A program made the translations under genes and the position numbers. The notes beneath the pieces were generated by a model, which worked only from the letters and a program-made list of their open reading frames with translations, did no database searches and was not told the origin of the DNA. Shown here one piece after another: positions 59,760 to 64,000 of a stretch of DNA of 64,000 bases. This stretch comes from Callorhinchus milii (Eukaryota). The stretch is taken from positions 99,078,001-99,142,000 of the forward strand of contig NW_024704743.1 of assembly GCF_018977255.1 (NCBI RefSeq), in the 5' to 3' direction. Every line of letters starts with the position of its first letter. Position 1 is the stretch's first letter.

Positions 59760-61740
59760 GTTATTAGCAGTCATCTAAAGAGCATCAATGGTGTAAGCAG
59801 TTTAGATGGATTTGGAAACAATAGATCATGCCTCACAAATCCCTTGGAATTGTTTGAGAAAGTAACTACCTCATGGACTAAAGCTACACAGTGGGTTTAA
59901 CTTACTTGCCTGTTCTGAAGGTATTTGATACAGAAATGCAACACTTTTAAAGAAGATTGCAACTAGTGGAATTAATAAAAAATTAGCTGGTGGAATGAAA
60001 AACTGGGTAATGATAAATATCAAAGAGCTTTGTCTGGATCACAATGATGAGCAGAATTTCACAGGAACCTGTTCCTGGTTCCTGGTTTTCATAAGGGACG
60101 TAAAGAAGTGCCCTGCCTGTGCAATACATTACAATTTGCTGATGAAAGCAGGTTGAATGGGTAGGTGAATAACACAAGGCAGCTAAATACCATTTAAGAA
60201 CATCTTGATCAATTGAGCAGATGGTCTCAAACAAATTTTAATGTACCTTAGCCTAAGGTAATGGAAACTGGAACTAGAACTTGAAATTAAACATGTATAC
60301 ACAATGAACATTATCCATTAGCAGCGATAGAGAAAGGAAAGCGTATGGATGTGATTATTGAGCATTCACTGAAGCTTTCAAGATAACATGTAGCTGCTGC
60401 CAAAATACTGATTAATTATTAATGAAATTGCATCTTAGTGCATTTGACTATGTATTACATTTTTTTTACTGTTGAGGCGCATTTAGAATACTGAGGTTAA
60501 ATCTGCAGCATTTCATAATGCAGTCCTTGGCACAGCTGCCATCAGAGGTGTTGTCCTTTGGATGAAAAGTTAAACAAGGTCCCATCTGTCTGTCCTGGGG
60601 CCATTAAATTGCCCCAGGACAGGGGGCACTGTCATATGACTTGCAAGACTTGGGGTACGATGCAAGATGGACTAATAATAATCCTTGCATTTGATATAGT
60701 ATGTTTCATTTTGGGAGACATCTCAAAGTGCTTCACACAATATATTGCAAAGTGTAGTGATTGTGTATGTCATAGACGATCATCTTAAGAGTTGAGGAAA
60801 CATACATTGGCAGGACTTAGAGGGATTTCATGCAAAAAATGCATTTTACGTTATGAGGTGTTTTTTCCAGCCAGGAACCTATTAGGGCATTTGCTTATTA
60901 GAGGAGCACTTTTCAATCCCATTGAAACACTGAAGATAGTTTACAGAATAGCAAAATGGATGATTACAGGATGGAGAGCTCTAAGCTATGAGGAGAAACT
61001 CTCAGAGCTGAATTTATTTTCATTAGAAAGATTAAAGGGGACACAATTCAAATACTCAATAGCATAGATCATTTAAGTGTAAGTACAGAAGTTGCTTGAT
61101 ATAATAATAATAATCTTTGTATTTGGTGTAGTACATTATCATGTCATCAAAATTTATCAAATCACTTCAAAGTAGAGTGTAGTAACTGTGCACTTTGTAG
61201 GTGATCTTGGCAGCTAATTTGCCCACAAAAATATCCCACTAATAGCCATGAAGTGATGACAAATTTTATCTGGGTGATTTTGGCCATGACACAAGGAGAA
61301 ACACCCTTCTCTTTTTCAATCGTATCATCGAAACATCAACTTCAACAAGCAGACCAGATCTCAGTTTGAAATCTCATCTGAAGTATGGCACCTCCAATAA
61401 AACAGCACAACCCCAGCACTGGAGTGTCAGCCTAGTCTATGATGTTAAAGTCACAACGGGAGGTTTGAACCCACAAGCTTCATAGGTGAGAGTGGAGAGT
61501 GCTAAACTGACACGTAAAGATTTAAGACCATGAACAGAATTGGGGAACATTGTCTTAATATCAAAAAAGAAAGGGTACAGAGGGACTGGATATTAAAGAA
61601 TATATTTCCTGACAGAGTAATGGATGCGTAGAAAAGGCACTCAACAATTGCAGCTGATGTTTCATTGAATAGCTCCTATTAAAAAGGAATGAGAATAAAT
61701 ATCTCCTCAAGAACATTAGCATTGGATATTGGGACACATG
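59760..61740 (+). mobile_element. Highly degenerate CR1, fragmented by SINE insertions
   Basis: Scattered CR1 motifs (SCLTN.LE.FE.VT; LSYEEKLSELNLFSLE) in CR1 order. Confidence 0.55.
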
Positions 61741-64000
61741 CAGACTGAGATGAATAAATTCTCTACAGAAACACTTATTTTGGTTCTGGTGATGTGGGGT
61801 GGGAAGGATGGAGGAGGTAGCGAGGCATGTAAATGTTTATATTGAGAAGGATAGCTGAGAGATGGAAATAGTTAAATATTTCTTTCTTTGTTAACTTTGG
61901 GGGTCAGGGAGTATCTATACCTTTTGCAGGGGCTGTGGTGAGGTGAGGTCCTGGTAGGTTGTGGGTTTTCTGCTGAAGGAGTGGCTTTGCTATGCCAAAG
62001 AACCTTTTCTCATTCCAAACATTCTTATGGTCTTAACTGTTGAACAGTCTCACGTGGTCCTTATTATCCTTATTATCCAATTTTGCCTAAATAAATCTTA
62101 TCAAAGAAATCACTGTGCTACCACATTACTGAACCAACAGCTCAAACTTTTACCATGAGAGTGTTCAAATATTTCCAATAAGAACGCATGTATTAAACTG
62201 TTTTGTACAGTTATTCCTATTCTTGACTAATGGGTATACCAATTAATTATTCAATTTAAATAATTTGAATCAGAAAATCTACAGTAACTCCTGTAATGTT
62301 ATATTTTAACTTCAGTGTGTTTAAAACATTGACAAGAGCAGCAATTTCATTTTTGATGTGCTAGTTCCTTTCCAACCTCAACTCTGTATCCCCTTCACTC
62401 TCCAGTGTGCCCAAGTCTGACGTTTCGATTTATTACACCAGCCACCTTTCTGGTCAGTCTGAGTGACATCAAAAGTTTTTGTATTATTTGTGCCCTAGAC
62501 TCAGGTCACTAGAATCGCGCTGCCCAGACTAATATCATCATGAAAAACATAAGAGTTGGCTAAGAGAGGAGATCTGCATCCCATTGATCTCAGTGGATAA
62601 GAGCCATAACACTTCATAAGGTCACAAAAGAGATTCAGATAACTTTGGTTTATTTGGTCTTAATCCTCAGAATAACCTGGCTACTATCCTCCCATTACAC
62701 ACTGCTGTGCGCAACTGGCTGCCATGTTTCGCCCACAAAATATACTGTCACTGCACCTTAAACTATATCCTGTGAAGCGCTTTGAGACGTCTCAAAGGCG
62801 TAATAAGGTACTATATCAAATGCAAGGATTATTATTATTATTACAGCATCAAGCTGTTTCTTAAATGAGTCCAGCCTTAACCACTACACTGTCTGGTAAC
62901 CAGTCATAATTGATAAATAACCTCTGGTAAAGAAATAATAAGGTAACAGACTGTACAAATTCTGAGTCACCAGGTTTCTTCTCATGATTTTGATAGTTTA
63001 TATCCACCTTTCTATGTTCTCTTCCCTCATGTCATAGATGACTGAAAATGTAGCCAAGTAATCCAAAACTGGAGCTCAGCTAACATAACTAAAATGGGAT
63101 CTGGGAAGTATGGAACGATGGGATGACTTCCCTCTCTCTCTTTGTAAAAGCACTTAACCTGTGACCACCACCTATCAGATAATCAGGCAGAATTCAGACA
63201 TGAGTCATTATTAGTGTATTTGTACATGCTGACTAAGCAAATGTCTTAACACATGTTAGTGCATGCTAGTGCTTTTTTTTGTCAACTGGGCATATGTGGA
63301 AACCATCACTGTGTTTAAGACTGCACTTCATATATGCCCGACACCCACACGTGGAAATTTTGCTGTGTTTGGAATGGAATGTACACTCCCTCCTTGGAGG
63401 GAAACACCCTGCTCATCTAATTCCAGAAATATCAGGTGCAGTTTGACAAGAGCCGAGTGAGAAAGCCCCTATTGTTAGTTCCATTAACAGGTATTAGTAC
63501 ATTAACATGGGTTTTATAATGTTAGTGCATTAACATGCTCAAATCCACTTGTATTTATTTCCAAGCTGAATACAAAGTCTCAGATTTACAAGTAGCCTAA
63601 TTTCTAATACAAGATGTACTGTCCTGGGATTTCAGTAATGTGTTCGAACTGGATTATGGGAGAAGTTGCAGAATGTTCATTTGGACAAGGCATAATTAAA
63701 CAAAAGTAATATTGTTCGTTAAAATTGTTGCTTGGGGATAATTCACCGGCCCAGTGATCTTTTTTCCCCATAATTGATTTTAGTTATTGTTCATTTTATT
63801 TTCGAGGAGCAACTATTGAAATGGGGGATCAGATTGTGCCCAGTAAGCACAGTGACCTCACAGAAGATTAGTGTTCTGAGTAACAATGAAGTCAAAGGAA
63901 TCACTCATGTTAAAGTGCCAAAATCAAAGATATACAACAGAAAATAGTAGATCATCCTGAATACTTGAATACGTTGATATTTAAATCAAATACATCCACA

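Larger units (their letters stand above)
21262..61512. repeat. Further decayed Deu-domain SINE copies (approx. 21262-21655 +, 26573-27007 -, 42975-43352 -, 45445-45670 -, 45990-46200 -, 48590-48900 +, 49755-50228 -, 51514-51830 +, 59230-59465 -, 61100-61512 -)
   Basis: Shared motifs AAAGATCCCATGGCA, GGAGGTGCC and GGCTCAGTTGGTAGCACTCTTGCCTCTGAG. Confidence 0.65.
4840..62842. repeat. Many partial copies of the same SINE (approx. 4840-4995, 5270-5430, 9660-9812, 18110-18247, 22553-22733, 24302-24490, 37260-37370, 44065-44210, 44385-44565, 48360-48470, 55025-55135, 59470-59615, 60672-60770, 62697-62842)
   Basis: Recurrent tail ATCAAATGCAAGGATTATTATT and core CTGCTGTGCGCAATTGGCTGC in both orientations. 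Confidence 0.8.

Noticed and set aside
4840..62842. Recurrent motif ATCAAATGCAAGGATTATTATT as a CRISPR-like repeat
   Set aside because: Dispersed, in both orientations and irregularly spaced. It is the SINE 3' tail.

Overview
This is AT-rich vertebrate genomic DNA with no prokaryotic-type systems or CRISPR arrays. The repeat content (tRNA-derived SINEs with L2 tails, Deu-domain SINEs, many L2 and CR1 LINEs) suggests a cartilaginous fish, possibly the chimaera Callorhinchus milii; this is inference from remembered repeat consensus sequences. Two spliced protein-coding genes lie on the minus strand. ESCO1 (cohesin acetyltransferase) has 10 coding exons from 19840 down to 2016, about 1161 aa as I assembled it, with a CpG-island promoter at about 19.5-20.8 kb. 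ABHD3 (alpha/beta-hydrolase phospholipase) has 9 coding exons from 58906 down to 30187, 405 aa. Every exon was read by eye with GT-AG boundaries and consistent phases. Main points: (1) SNRPD1, which lies between ESCO1 and ABHD3 in human, was not found in that interval. (2) A 47-nt ATG-bearing exon segment in the CpG island supplies an in-frame ESCO1 start. (3) A 98-bp near-perfect inverted duplication looks like a templated insertion. (4) A 93-nt intergenic hairpin resembles a pre-miRNA. (5) A hAT-like element with an 8-bp TSD is nested in a CR1. (6) SINE and L2 share a 3' tail, with two SINE tail subtypes. (7) There are several old unclassified or LF-SINE-like repeats. I found no convincing novel multi-gene system. 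Repeat boundaries are approximate.
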